From Polyangiales bacterium (GTDB lineage: Bacteria > Myxococcota_A > Polyangia > Polyangiales > Polyangiaceae), in contig JBBRLQ010000012.1 in assembly GCA_038231275.1 (NCBI GenBank), forward strand, positions 64,001 to 128,000: DNA of 64,000 nucleotides, in the 5' to 3' direction. The notes below the pieces were generated by a model. That model saw nothing but the letters and a program-made list of their open reading frames with translations. It was not told where the DNA came from and searched no databases. This document shows, piece by piece, positions 49,263-59,548 of the stretch. The position numbers and the translations under genes are program-made. Numbering within the stretch: position 1 is the first letter of the stretch; each line of letters begins with the position of its first letter.

Positions 49263-50181
49263 GCCACAGGACGGTGGCCGCCGCGAGCGCGACGCCGCCG
49301 ACGATCACGCCCGCTGTCGCGAAATCGGCGCGGACGCCGGCGTCGTGGCCGAGGCGGACGCCGTCGGGATCGCACCCGGCGCTCGTGCAGTGGCCGCGCG
49401 CGTCCGAGTAGATCGAGCGCGCCGAGAGCGCGAGGCCGCCCGCCAGCACAAGCGCGACGACGCCGACGCCGGCGGCACCGACCGCGACGCCTCGTTGGGC
49501 CCCGAGACCGCGCGAGTCGTCGCGCGCGGGGGAGGGCGTCGCAGGGAATCCGACGGGATCCGTCGCGCGAGGCGGCAGCGGCGCCGGCGCAGCAGGAGGA
49601 GACGCCTCGAGCGACGGCACGTCGACGGTGACCGTCATCGGCGCGGCGGAGATCGACACCGTTCCGTGCCACGATTTTTTCCCGGGCGCGGTCGCCTCGA
49701 GCGCGTGCTCTCCCGGATCCAGCGGCACCGCGCTCCCCCACGCCTCGCGATCGATCGGGACGCCGTCCTTGGCGACGGCCAGCGCAGGATCGTCTTCGGC
49801 GACGCGCACCACGAGACGCGAGAGCTTGGGCTCGAGCGCCGCCGCACGCCCGCGCGCGATCCGTTCCCGCTCCGACTGGCCAGCGCTGAGCGCCGCCGAC
49901 GCCGCCTCGCGAAATCGCGCCCACGCGCTCGCGTACCGACCGGCACTCTCGTAGCAGTCTCCCAGGTTCAGCAGCGTGCCGACGCCGGGATCGAGCCGCT
50001 GGCTGGCCTCGAGCTTTGGACACGCGCGTGCGAACTGTCCGTCTCGCATGAGCGCCCGCCCCTCGTCGAAGAGCGCCTCCGCCGCCGCCGGATCGCGGGG
50101 CTCGGCGCGCGCGACGCCGGACGCAGCCCCGATGAGGACGGCGAAGACGGCAACATGGATCGCGGCGCGGCGGGCCTTCAC
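49249..50181 (-). CDS. TPR/PEGA-like membrane protein (kinase partner)
   Basis: AEALFDEGR..ACPKLEASQRLDPGVGTLLNLGDC; VPLDPGEH; C-terminal TMs. Confidence 0.8.
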   Translation of the reverse strand: MKARRAAIHVAVFAVLIGAASGVARAEPRDPAAAEALFDEGRALMRDGQFARACPKLEASQRLDPGVGTLLNLGDCYESAGRYASAWARFREAASAALSAGQSERERIARGRAAALEPKLSRLVVRVAEDDPALAVAKDGVPIDREAWGSAVPLDPGEHALEATAPGKKSWHGTVSISAAPMTVTVDVPSLEASPPAAPAPLPPRATDPVGFPATPSPARDDSRGLGAQRGVAVGAAGVGVVALVLAGGLALSARSIYSDARGHCTSAGCDPDGVRLGHDAGVRADFATAGVIVGGVALAAATVLWLTSK

Positions 50182-51416
50182 TTGCGGTCTTGGTAGAAGC
50201 GCGAGGGATCGACGGCGACGGCGCCTGCGTCGATCGCCGCGGCGCGAGGACGTGGCTGGTAGCGAGGAGGGATGACGTACGACGCCGGCGGCATCGGGAC
50301 CGCGGTCACGGCGAGCGGGGCCGTCGAGAGCTCGGCCGGAGGCAGCGGCGCGGCGGTCGCGCGCGTTTCGTTGGGGACGACGATCGGTGGCACGGCCCGA
50401 TCACGCCGAAGAAGGCCCACCGCGAGCGCCGCCGCGACCGAGACCGCGCCGAGCCACGCGAGCCGCGAGCGAGACGCCGGGCGCGCATCGGTCGCGACGA
50501 ACGACGCGCCGGTGGTCGACGCCTCCGGTGGCGGCGCGGGCGATGGCGTGAGCCCGACGTCGCCCGTGCGCCGCGCCGGCGTCGCCTCGGTCGACGCGAG
50601 CGCCTCTTCGATCTCGCGCGCGAACACGCGCGCCGACGACGGGCGCGCCTCCGGCCGCGTCGAGAGCGCGCGCATGAGGACGCCCTCCACGCGCGGCGAC
50701 ACGCTCGCCCCCTTCGCGCTCGGCGGCTTCGGGTCGAGGCGCCCCGACGCGTCCACCGACGACGCATCCCACGGCAGGCGGCCCGCGAGCATCACGTAGA
50801 GCGTCACCGCGAGCTCGGACACGTCGGTGCGTACCGTCGCGGCGCTCCCGAAGAAGCGCTCCGGCGCCATGTACGCCGGCGTCCCCTTCACGACCCCCGA
50901 CTCCGTCGTCGTCGAGTCCGGCCGCTCGAGCTCACGCGCGATGCCGAAATCGAGCAAGATCGGCCGGGGCGACCCGTCGGCCTCCTCGAGGAAGACGTTC
51001 TCCGGTTTGATGTCGCGATGAACCATGCCCGCGTCGTGCAGCGCCGCCACGCCCGCGGCGAGCGCCGAGAAGATCGCGACCGCCTCGCCGGCCGGCAACG
51101 GTCCACGCAGGACGCGGTGGTGCAGCGTCTCGCCCGCGAGGCGCGGCATCGCGAGGTACGGCCGACCGTCGGGCAACGTTCCCGCATCCAACAGCGAGAC
51201 AAGCGCCGCGTGCTCGACCTTGCGGATCTTGGTCGCCTCCGCGACGAAGCGCGCGCGGTCCTTGTCCGTGACCGTCGCGCTCTCCTTCAAGACCTTCAGC
51301 GCGACCGGCCGATCGTGCCAGAACGCCGCGTAGACGACGCCGCTGCCCCCTTCCCCGAGGCGCGCCGTCAGCGAAAACTCGCCGAGCTCCGACGTGTCAT
51401 CCGCCGCAAGGGTCAT
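50178..51416 (-). CDS. Ser/Thr protein kinase
   Basis: GEGGSG, VALK, HRDIKPEN, DFG, YMAPE; TM segment. Confidence 0.92.
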   Translation of the reverse strand: MTLAADDTSELGEFSLTARLGEGGSGVVYAAFWHDRPVALKVLKESATVTDKDRARFVAEATKIRKVEHAALVSLLDAGTLPDGRPYLAMPRLAGETLHHRVLRGPLPAGEAVAIFSALAAGVAALHDAGMVHRDIKPENVFLEEADGSPRPILLDFGIARELERPDSTTTESGVVKGTPAYMAPERFFGSAATVRTDVSELAVTLYVMLAGRLPWDASSVDASGRLDPKPPSAKGASVSPRVEGVLMRALSTRPEARPSSARVFAREIEEALASTEATPARRTGDVGLTPSPAPPPEASTTGASFVATDARPASRSRLAWLGAVSVAAALAVGLLRRDRAVPPIVVPNETRATAAPLPPAELSTAPLAVTAVPMPPASYVIPPRYQPRPRAAAIDAGAVAVDPSRFYQDRK

Positions 51417-51441
51417 CGGGCGAGATGCGTAGCACCGCCGG

Positions 51442-51996
51442 TCACTTCACGCACGTCTGCCAGGCCCCCTGGGTCTTCGACGCCATCGCGCAGTTGAATT
51501 TGCTGCGCGACACGTCGGTCTCGCAGTCCTTCTGGAGCGACTGGAAGCGCTGATCCTGCGCGGAGATCTGGCGCACCATCGTCTTGGCGTCGGGGCCGAG
51601 GTCCTTGAAGCGCTCGTCGGACTCGAGGAGCACATCGAAGAAGTGATCGAACATCCGCGAGCACTCGGCGGCGGTGATCTTCTCCTTGCCGGTGGGCTTC
51701 TTGCCGGGCTTGTCCTTGCCCTCGTCGCGGTCGATTTTCCGGCTGAAGATCTCGGGCTCGGGGAGGTTGCCGCTCCCCTTCGACGCCGCGGGCGCGGGGC
51801 CGGTGGCGGCGGGCACCGGCGCCTCGTCGGCGGGAGGCGCGTCGGCCTTCGCGGCGCCCGGCGTCGGCTTCGGCTCCTCCTTGATGTCGTTCACGAACGA
51901 CGCCTCGCGCATCGTGTCGACGTCCACCCTCGTGCGCGGCGGTTTGCTGCACGCGAGCGCCAGGAAGATCGTGGCGACGGGAACGGCGGCGCGCAT
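51442..51996 (-). CDS. Lipoprotein with C-terminal four-Cys helical domain
   Basis: Lipobox LALAC; Pro-rich linker; C..C..C..C. Confidence 0.72.
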   Translation of the reverse strand: MRAAVPVATIFLALACSKPPRTRVDVDTMREASFVNDIKEEPKPTPGAAKADAPPADEAPVPAATGPAPAASKGSGNLPEPEIFSRKIDRDEGKDKPGKKPTGKEKITAAECSRMFDHFFDVLLESDERFKDLGPDAKTMVRQISAQDQRFQSLQKDCETDVSRSKFNCAMASKTQGAWQTCVK

Positions 51997-52035
51997 GCGC
52001 TGACCATACGGGATCGGGCCCTCGCGCGCGAGCGG

Positions 52036-53844
52036 TCAGGGTTCGTTGTGGAAGACGAGCTGGACGTTCGCCGTCGCGCCCACCGGATCCGAAAGCGCAG
52101 CCTGTGGCACCGACGTGTGCAGCAGATTTTGCTGGAGGCACCGCGCCATGTCCGGCAAGAACTGCACGTTCGTCACCACGGCCGCCCGCGCGTGCCCCTC
52201 CGAGTCGAACGAGAAATCGACGACGCCGATGCCGGTCGCGTGCGACTGCGCCGCAATCAACGACGCGCGGTAGCACGCGCCGAGCCCGAGGCGCAGCGAC
52301 GCGACCGCCTGGCGCACGTCGCGATCGCGCACCTTTTCGCCCGACACCATACCGATCTCGATCCATGTCCTCCCCGGTATGTAGGGCCCGCCCGACGCTG
52401 TCGCCGAAGGAGGCGGCGGATCGGGATTCGGATTCGGGGTCGGCGTCGTCGCGCTCGGCGGCGGAGGCGGCGGCGGGAGAACGCCCGGCGACGTGCTCGC
52501 GGCCGAGCGCGCCACGGTGGGAACGACGGCGACGGGGCTCCTCCGCGGCAAAGGCCGCTTTCCACCATCAGCCTCCGGAAGCGTGAGGGGCGAGAGCGGA
52601 TCCTCCGGCGCCTCCGGGTGCAAGATCGCGATCGGGGGACCATCGGCGGACGCGCTCGTCGCGGGACCTGCACCGCCGCGCGGCGGGCCCACCGCGTAGA
52701 ACGCGCCTGCGGCCATGCCACAGATGAGGAGGAGCGCGGCGGCATACCGCCATCGCGGCGTCGTGGGGAGGACGAGCTCGGCCTCGGTCTCGGCGTGCCC
52801 GATCTCGTGCGACCCCGGCACCGAGCGCGCGGATCTCGCGTCGCCGGTGGCGAGCCCAGCGACCGTGCTCGCGGCGACCATCTGCGGCCGCGAGACGGCC
52901 GCCTGCGTCTGCGGACCCGACACCGGCAATACGCTTGCGCTCCCGTCGAGCGCTGCCCGAAGCGCGGCGCGCATCTCCCGCGCCGTCGCGTACCGCTCGT
53001 CGCGCGGCTTGCTCATCGCCTTGAGCGCGACGGCCACGAGGCGCGGGTCCGCGGCCGGGTTCAAGGTGAACGGATCGGGCGGCGGATCGGTGATGTGCTT
53101 GAGGATGACGCCGATCGCGCTCTCCGCCTCGAACGGCACGCGTCCGGTGAGGAGCTGGAAGAGGATGACGCCGACGGAGTACACGTCGCTCCGCGCGTCG
53201 AGCGGATCTCCCCTCCCCTGCTCCGGCGACATGTACTCGGGCGTGCCCACCAGGGTGCCGCTTCGCGTGAGCGGCCCTGTCGTGCCGGGGCCGCCCGCCC
53301 CAGACTGGTACGCGCGCGCGTCGCTGATCTTCGCGATCCCGAAATCGCACACCTTCACGACGTCGATCGCGGCGCCCTCGTCGTCGGTCGTCGACGTGAC
53401 GAGCACGTTCTCGGGCTTCATGTCGCGATGCACGACGCCGGCGTCGTGCGCCACCGCGAGCGCGCCGAGCGTCGGCACGAGCAAGCCGACGATGCGCGTC
53501 GGCGACAGGGGCCACTCCTCGACGAGCAAGCGCAGGAGGCTGCGCCCGTCGACGAACTCCATCGCGATGAAGAGGAGACCGCCGTCCTCCTCGCCGAAGT
53601 CGATGATGCGGATCGAGTTCGGGTGATCGAGCTTCGACGCCGCCTTGGCCTCACGCTTGAAGCGCGCCGCGAACGTCGACTCCGCGGCGAGATCGGGGTG
53701 CAAGAGCTTGATGGCGACGATCTTGTCGAGCGACGTTTGACGCGCCTTGTAGACGCAGCCCATCGCCCCCTTCCCGAGGACCTCCAAGAGGGCGAACTTG
53801 CCGGCGATCGTTCGACCGACCAGGCTCTCGTCCGCCTCTCTCAT
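52036..53844 (-). CDS. Ser/Thr protein kinase with C-terminal AgmX/PglI (TonB_C-like) domain
   Basis: GKGAMG, HRDMKPEN, DFG, YMSPE; TM; LGACYR..GIGVVDFSFDSEG..ARCL. Confidence 0.92.
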   Translation of the reverse strand: MREADESLVGRTIAGKFALLEVLGKGAMGCVYKARQTSLDKIVAIKLLHPDLAAESTFAARFKREAKAASKLDHPNSIRIIDFGEEDGGLLFIAMEFVDGRSLLRLLVEEWPLSPTRIVGLLVPTLGALAVAHDAGVVHRDMKPENVLVTSTTDDEGAAIDVVKVCDFGIAKISDARAYQSGAGGPGTTGPLTRSGTLVGTPEYMSPEQGRGDPLDARSDVYSVGVILFQLLTGRVPFEAESAIGVILKHITDPPPDPFTLNPAADPRLVAVALKAMSKPRDERYATAREMRAALRAALDGSASVLPVSGPQTQAAVSRPQMVAASTVAGLATGDARSARSVPGSHEIGHAETEAELVLPTTPRWRYAAALLLICGMAAGAFYAVGPPRGGAGPATSASADGPPIAILHPEAPEDPLSPLTLPEADGGKRPLPRRSPVAVVPTVARSAASTSPGVLPPPPPPPSATTPTPNPNPDPPPPSATASGGPYIPGRTWIEIGMVSGEKVRDRDVRQAVASLRLGLGACYRASLIAAQSHATGIGVVDFSFDSEGHARAAVVTNVQFLPDMARCLQQNLLHTSVPQAALSDPVGATANVQLVFHNEP

Positions 53845-53940
53845 TTCAGGAGTCTACCTTCTGGCTCGGCGAGCCTCCAGGCCGTTTCGGAAGATGAATG
53901 ATCGGCGGCATGAATGCACCGGACCGATACGGACGAGCCA

Positions 53941-54723
53941 TCACGCGAGCAGCCGCCAGCGCGGCGTTGGCGCGCGGTCGATGCGCAGGAGCGAGCGTTC
54001 GCCGACCTCCTGCCACGGCTCGTCGGTCATCCGCTCGCTCGCGATGAAGACGGCGTGGCGACGCTGGGACCACGGCGTCTCGACGATGGCCCCGACCTCG
54101 CTCGTTCGGCGTACACGGACGACGTCGTGCGGCGCGCGCTCGAGGAGGAAGAGCGTGCGCCCGAAGCGGTGCGCGTAGAGGATCGCGCCGTCCGAGAGGA
54201 GGAAGTTGAACGAGCCGAAGTCGCCGCGATTGCGCGCCTCTCGCGCGGCGGCGGCGAGCGCTTTGTCACGGCCGTCGGGGGACGCGGCGTCGAGCGCGGT
54301 GAGGAGGTAGGCGAAGAACAGCTCGCTGTCGGTCTGCCCGCGGATCTCGCTCGCCCGGTGCGCGCTCGTCTGATCGCGCAGCCAGGCGAGGTCCTTGATG
54401 GTGCCGTTGTGCGCGAAGATCCAGCGCCCGCGCTGGAAGGGGTGCGTGTTGTCGAGCGAGGTCTCGCCTACGGTGCGCTTGCGGATGTGCGCGACGAGCA
54501 TCTCCCCGCGCGCGCCGAGCGCGAGATCGTGGAAGACGGCTGCATCGCTGGCCCGCTCGACGCCTTTGTTCACGTGCCACTCCCGCGCCTCCTCGTCGTG
54601 GATCGCGAGGCCCCACCCGTCCGACTGCTCCTGCGAGAGCGTCGCGAAGCTGCGCGGCGACTCCTTCAGGATCATGCGGAACTCGGTGGGCTCCGAGGAC
54701 ACGATTCCGAGCAAGCGACACAT
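53941..54723 (-). CDS. Class II glutamine amidotransferase (YafJ-like)
   Basis: N-terminal MCR, DGWG, AHIRK, NTHPF, HNG, TDSE. Confidence 0.9.
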   Translation of the reverse strand: MCRLLGIVSSEPTEFRMILKESPRSFATLSQEQSDGWGLAIHDEEAREWHVNKGVERASDAAVFHDLALGARGEMLVAHIRKRTVGETSLDNTHPFQRGRWIFAHNGTIKDLAWLRDQTSAHRASEIRGQTDSELFFAYLLTALDAASPDGRDKALAAAAREARNRGDFGSFNFLLSDGAILYAHRFGRTLFLLERAPHDVVRVRRTSEVGAIVETPWSQRRHAVFIASERMTDEPWQEVGERSLLRIDRAPTPRWRLLA

Positions 54724-54747
54724 GGCGGCGAGTGAAATCTAGCGCCG

Positions 54748-55749
54748 TCAGGGCAGGAGGACGAGCTTTCCGATCGTTTCTCCCGACTCGAGGGCGCGGT
54801 GCGCCTCTTTCACGCGATCGAGCGGGAAGGTCGTCACCTTCGGAGGCGCGACCTTGCCGTCGTTGGCGAGGCCGAGGAGCGTGCCCATCGCGCTCTTCAA
54901 GATGTCCGCGTGCTCGAACAGGTACGATAGGTTGAAGGCCATGACGCTCTTGTTGTCGTTGGTCATCGCGAGCGGATCGAAGCGCGGCGTGCGCGCCCAG
55001 TCGAGCGCGAGCTTCGGCCAGCTCGGCGTCCCGCGACCCCGCGACATCATCGTATGGAAGCCGTAGATGACGAGACGCCCGGTCGGGGCGAGGTGGTCGT
55101 AGCTCGCGCGCAATGTCTCCACGCCGTTGGCGTCGAGCACGATGTCGTAGCCGTCCGCGGACGCTCGCTCCGCTTCGCGCCAGAGATCCTGCGCGCGCTT
55201 GTCGATGACGACGTCCGCGCCGAGCGCCTTCACGTGCGCGACCTTGTGCGCGCCGCCGACGACGCCGACGACACGACACCCGGCGAGCTTGCCGAGGACG
55301 ACGAGCGCCGATCCGACGCCGCCGCCCGCCGAGTGAACGAGCACGCGCGTCCCTTCGCGCGCGCGGCACAGCTCGTGGAGAGCGTAGTGCGCCGTCAGAT
55401 GCACGCTGGGAAACGCGGCGGCCTCCGCCATCGACCAGCCGTTCGGGATTTCGAAGACCTGGTGCTCCGGCACGACGACGTGCGACGCGTACCCGCCGAA
55501 GCGCGTGACGGCGACGACCTTCCTCCCGTCCTCCGTCGTCCCGGCGACCTCGAAGCCCGGCGTGATCGGCCAGCCGACGTACTTCTTCGCCGACTCGTAG
55601 AGGCCCATGCGCACGATGCAATCGGCGAAGTTCACGCCGATCGCCTCCGCGCGCACGAGCACCTCGCCCGACTTCGCAGAAGGGTCTGGCTCATCGACCA
55701 CGCGCAACCGCTCGTAACCCCCAGCCCTCGCGATCGAGACGCGTTTCAT
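54748..55749 (-). CDS. MDR-family oxidoreductase (VAT-1 / quinone oxidoreductase-like)
   Basis: GVNFAD, PGFEVAG, HSAGGGVG, IGKLVL; AAGGAG RBS. Confidence 0.9.
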   Translation of the reverse strand: MKRVSIARAGGYERLRVVDEPDPSAKSGEVLVRAEAIGVNFADCIVRMGLYESAKKYVGWPITPGFEVAGTTEDGRKVVAVTRFGGYASHVVVPEHQVFEIPNGWSMAEAAAFPSVHLTAHYALHELCRAREGTRVLVHSAGGGVGSALVVLGKLAGCRVVGVVGGAHKVAHVKALGADVVIDKRAQDLWREAERASADGYDIVLDANGVETLRASYDHLAPTGRLVIYGFHTMMSRGRGTPSWPKLALDWARTPRFDPLAMTNDNKSVMAFNLSYLFEHADILKSAMGTLLGLANDGKVAPPKVTTFPLDRVKEAHRALESGETIGKLVLLP

Positions 55750-55871
55750 GGGCTCCTTCTTCCCTGATTTATCGAAAAAAGGCGCGTCCAAAATGCGACA
55801 TCAAATCGGTTGGCACGGCCTACTCAAGGCCAATTTCCGCCCTTAGCTTTGATGTTGATGAGGGAGGTTGG

Positions 55872-56645
55872 TTGCCACTCACAAGGTTCTTGGTTGCCTG
55901 GGCCAATGCGCCCTACACCGTAGCTCTCGGGATTGTCGGCCTCTTTGCGCTGCTTTCAGCAAGCGGACTTTTGGGCCTCCTCGCGGGGGGCGAGCACGGT
56001 GGTGGTGACGATGGTGACGGAGCCGACGTAGACGGTCACGACGTCGAGGGTCACGAAGCGGACCCCGACGGCGACCACGGCGAAGGCGACGATCACGACG
56101 CGGATCAAAATGACGACGCTGACCGAGGCGGTCTCCTGAGCTTGGTGCTCGGACCGCTCGGCATCGGCAAGCTTCCGTTCTCGCTCGTGTGGCAAGTGTA
56201 CGGCGCGGTCTTCGCGCTGACCGGCCTCGGGCTCAATGCAAAGTACATCGATCTCGGTCACGCACCTCCCGTGGGGAGCCTGGCGTGGACGATGCCCCTC
56301 GCGCTCGGTGCGGGGTACGCGGTGGTCGCCGCTCTCGCACGGGTCCTCGGCCCGGCGCTCGCGAGCAAGGAGTCCGAGGCGACGAGCCGAGAAGAGCTCG
56401 TCGGCCGCGTCGGCACGGTCATCTCTACGAAGGTCGACTCCGACTTCGGAGAGGTGCGCCTGCGCGACAAGACAGGCCACGACCTTCGCGTCGTGTGCCG
56501 CCTCGCGGACGGCCACGCGCCGGCCCGAGAGAAGCAAGAGATCGTCGTGGTCGAGCACGATCGCGACACCGGCACGCTCTACGTGGCGCTGCTGGACGAA
56601 GGATTGGAAGAAGAAGATCGAAAGGAACGAGAGGAAGGTCGATAG
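55872..56645 (+). CDS. YqiJ/NfeD-like membrane protein (OB-fold) with His/Asp-rich loop
   Basis: NAPYTVAL, D/H-rich loop, LGIGKLPF, ELVGRVGTV..GEVRLRD; GGGAGG RBS, TTG start. Confidence 0.82.
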   Translation: MPLTRFLVAWANAPYTVALGIVGLFALLSASGLLGLLAGGEHGGGDDGDGADVDGHDVEGHEADPDGDHGEGDDHDADQNDDADRGGLLSLVLGPLGIGKLPFSLVWQVYGAVFALTGLGLNAKYIDLGHAPPVGSLAWTMPLALGAGYAVVAALARVLGPALASKESEATSREELVGRVGTVISTKVDSDFGEVRLRDKTGHDLRVVCRLADGHAPAREKQEIVVVEHDRDTGTLYVALLDEGLEEEDRKEREEGR

Positions 56646-56648
56646 AGA

Positions 56649-58520
56649 ATGTTCGAGGTCGATTCGCAGATGATGGTGGTGGGTGGGAGCATCTTGGGCA
56701 CGCTGTTCACGGGCGTCACGACGGTGACCGTGGTCAGCCGCTTCTACCGGCGCTGCGGCGCCGACGAGGCGCTCGTGAGGACGGGCGCCGGCGGGAACAA
56801 GGTGGTCATCGGAGGCGGTATACTCGTCTATCCGATCTTGCATCAGCTGCTGCGCGTGTCACTCCGCAGCGTGAAGCTCTCGGTCGAACGGAGCGGCAAG
56901 AACGCGCTCGTGACGTCCGACAAGATCAAGGCCAACGTGACGACCGAGCTCTACATCAAGGTGGAGCCGATCGCGGAGGACGTCCTCGCCGCGGCGCGCA
57001 GCTTCGGCGAGCGAAACCTGGACGAGCACGCCATCGGCGATCTCATCGAGGGCAAGCTCACCGACGCGCTCCGTAGCGTCGCCGCGAACCAGACGTTCAT
57101 GAGCCTGCACGGCAAGCGAAAGGAGTTCGCCGAGCACATCCAAGCGGCCCTCGCCGAGGAGCTGAAGAAGAACGGCCTCACGCTCGAGAACGTCTCCATC
57201 ACCGCGCTCGCGATGGTGCCGGTGAAGGATCTCGACGAGCACGACGTCTTCGACGCCGAAGGCCTGCGCGCCATCACCGAGAGCGTGCAGACGAACCGCG
57301 AGAAGACCAACCAGATCCAGCGCGACAAGGACAACCAGATCCACGCCGCCAACGTCGCCGCGCGCATGCGGCAGCTGGAGCTCGAACAGAACCAGAAGCA
57401 GGCCGAGGCCGATCAGGGCCGGCGCGTCGCCGAGTATGCTGCCACACAGCAAGCCGAGACGGCGAAGGCGGTCTACATCCAGGAGCAGTCGCGCGAGATC
57501 GCGGCGTACGAGAAGCAGCGCGAGGTCGAGCGCGGGCGCATCGAGCAGGAGCAAGCGATCGCCGTCGCGATGGCCGGCAAGCAGCGCGCCGAGCGTGAGG
57601 CGAACATCGCCGCCGAGAAGGGGCAGCAGGCCGCCGAGATCGAGAAGCAGCGGGTCATCGAGGCCGCGATGATCGAGAAGGACACGGTCGTGCAGGGCAA
57701 GGAGATCGAGCGGCAAAAGGCGCTCGAGGTGGCGAGCATCGAGAAGGTGATCGCCGTCACGCGCAGCGAAGAGGAGAAGGCGCGCGCGTCGGCGCTGAAG
57801 GCGCTGGCCCTCGCCGAAGAGGAGCGCGCAAACCAGGCGATCCTGACCGTCGAAGAGACGGCGATGGCCGAGCGCGCGAAGCTGATCGCGGTCATCCGCG
57901 CCGAGGCGGAGGCCGAGGTGAAGCGGGCGATGGGCGCCGGCGAGGCGGCAAAGGCGACGGGCCTCGCGGAGGCGGCGCTCGCGAAGGTTCGCGGCGAGGC
58001 GAAGGCGCGGCTCGAGACCGCCGAAAAGGAGGCCGAAGCGCTCGAGCGCCTCGCGCAAGCGACGGTGGTGCGCGGCACGGCGGAGGCCGAGGCGCGTCGG
58101 CAGATGGTCGAGGCGGAGAACGCGGTGGCGATGAAGTTCATCCTCCGCGACGTCGCGCTGAAGGCCATCGAGACGATGCCGGATCTGGCGCGCGAGCTGA
58201 TGGAGCCCGCGAAGGCCATCACCGAGATCAAGGTTCTCCAGACGGGCGGGATGGGCGGCGGCGCGGCGGGCGCGCAAATGAGCTCGAACCAGCCGCTCGG
58301 CATGATGAGCCCCATCTTGAAGACCATCCTCGAGGCCGGCGCGGCGTATCCGCTCCTGCGCGAGCTCATGAGCTTCGCGCAGGTCGACGGGAGCAAGCTG
58401 ACCGAGAAGGCGCGCGGCGCGCTCGCCGAGCTCGGCGGGCAGATCGACGGTGTCATGCACGAGGCGAAGGAGCTGCCGCAGCCTGCCGCGAACGACGCGA
58501 CCGACCGCGCGGCGGAGTGA
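56649..58520 (+). CDS. Flotillin / SPFH domain protein (YqiK-like)
   Basis: EALVRTG, KNGLTLENVSIT, VFDAEGL, long AE-rich coiled coil. Confidence 0.92.
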   Translation: MFEVDSQMMVVGGSILGTLFTGVTTVTVVSRFYRRCGADEALVRTGAGGNKVVIGGGILVYPILHQLLRVSLRSVKLSVERSGKNALVTSDKIKANVTTELYIKVEPIAEDVLAAARSFGERNLDEHAIGDLIEGKLTDALRSVAANQTFMSLHGKRKEFAEHIQAALAEELKKNGLTLENVSITALAMVPVKDLDEHDVFDAEGLRAITESVQTNREKTNQIQRDKDNQIHAANVAARMRQLELEQNQKQAEADQGRRVAEYAATQQAETAKAVYIQEQSREIAAYEKQREVERGRIEQEQAIAVAMAGKQRAEREANIAAEKGQQAAEIEKQRVIEAAMIEKDTVVQGKEIERQKALEVASIEKVIAVTRSEEEKARASALKALALAEEERANQAILTVEETAMAERAKLIAVIRAEAEAEVKRAMGAGEAAKATGLAEAALAKVRGEAKARLETAEKEAEALERLAQATVVRGTAEAEARRQMVEAENAVAMKFILRDVALKAIETMPDLARELMEPAKAITEIKVLQTGGMGGGAAGAQMSSNQPLGMMSPILKTILEAGAAYPLLRELMSFAQVDGSKLTEKARGALAELGGQIDGVMHEAKELPQPAANDATDRAAE

Positions 58521-58535
58521 GCCATGGAGGCGGCG

Positions 58536-58958
58536 ATGAAGCCGGTGACAGGGGCCGCGACGGGGCTGGATGGTCTGAAGCAGCGCATCCGCGACGCCGC
58601 GGGCCGTGATCCGATGGAGAGCATCGCGGTCACGGTCCTCGGCGGCGCCCTCCTCTTCTTCTACGCGGAGAAGGGGCACAACCCGAAGGTCAGGACGTAC
58701 TTCGATGCGCTCGTGTACGTCTCGACGTGCGTGTCAGTGGGCTACGCGGACATCTTCCCGCAGACGAAGACGGGAAAAGCGATCGCGTCGGCGCTGATGA
58801 CGTTCGGTCCGGCGATCGCCGCCTCGGCGCTCGAGCCGCCTGTCGGCCAGGAGCGCGCAGAGCCGGCGGATCCGAAGCTCCTCGAGGTGCAGTGTCTCAT
58901 CGTCGACAAGCTCGACGCGATCCTCGGCGAGCTGAAGGCGACGAAGAGCGCGGCCTGA
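58536..58958 (+). CDS. Minimal two-TM potassium-channel-family protein with variant filter GYAD
   Basis: TM1, DALVYVSTCVSVGYADIFPQT, TM2; start may be 58524. Confidence 0.82.
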   Translation: MKPVTGAATGLDGLKQRIRDAAGRDPMESIAVTVLGGALLFFYAEKGHNPKVRTYFDALVYVSTCVSVGYADIFPQTKTGKAIASALMTFGPAIAASALEPPVGQERAEPADPKLLEVQCLIVDKLDAILGELKATKSAA

Positions 58959-58961
58959 GCG

Positions 58962-59384
58962 TCAGGTGCCTTCGCAGAAGCGTCCGCTGCCCGCGGGGCC
59001 GCCGTCGAGGAGGAACGGGTACTCCATCGCCGAGCAGCGCTCCCCCTTCGCGCAGTCCGACGCGCTGAAGCACTTCTTCCTGCAGAAGTCGCCCTCCAGG
59101 TAGAAGTGCGTCTGTCCGGTGGGGCATTTGTATTTCGGATCGTAGCGGCGCGGCTCCGCCACATCGCGCCCCGCGTCCATCGGCGCGGGCGTCGTCGACG
59201 GAGCTGCGTCCACGATCGGCGACGTCGTCGTCGTGACGGGCGCAAGCGTTGGCGGCGCGGCGTCGGTGGCGGAGGTCTGCGGCTTGTCGGGGCACCCCGC
59301 GGCGCCGAGCGCCAAGAAGGGCGCGAGCGCGATGACGACGACGAGACGGGCGCGAGCAACCTGCGTTCGAAGCGGCGACGTCAT
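58962..59384 (-). CDS. Small Cys-rich lipoprotein
   Basis: Lipobox GAAGC; Thr/Pro linker; six-Cys C-terminal module. Confidence 0.7.
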   Translation of the reverse strand: MTSPLRTQVARARLVVVIALAPFLALGAAGCPDKPQTSATDAAPPTLAPVTTTTSPIVDAAPSTTPAPMDAGRDVAEPRRYDPKYKCPTGQTHFYLEGDFCRKKCFSASDCAKGERCSAMEYPFLLDGGPAGSGRFCEGT

Positions 59385-59519
59385 GGCGTGCGCAGCATAG
59401 ACCTGGGCAGGCGCGACGGCGTGCTAGCGGATCGCCGATCAGCCACCTCGCGTGGGCGATCCCCCGTCGGGGCCCGGGAAAACAAGCCCAACCCATTGAT
59501 GTGTGGACATGTGCGACAT

Positions 59520-59535
59520 TGGCACCATTTTCGCA
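59520..59535 (+). promoter_or_regulatory. Sigma-54 promoter
   Basis: TGGCACCATTTTCGCA (GG-N10-GC) ending 13 nt before ATG 59549. Confidence 0.65.
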
Positions 59536-59548
59536 AATACGAACGATC

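Noticed and set aside
50178..51416. Possible pseudokinase (DVSEL in place of DVWSL)
   Set aside because: Catalytic Lys, HRD, DFG and APE are all intact
55810..55825. TTGGCACG as a sigma-54 promoter for the flotillin operon
   Set aside because: The -12 GC dinucleotide is missing at the required spacing
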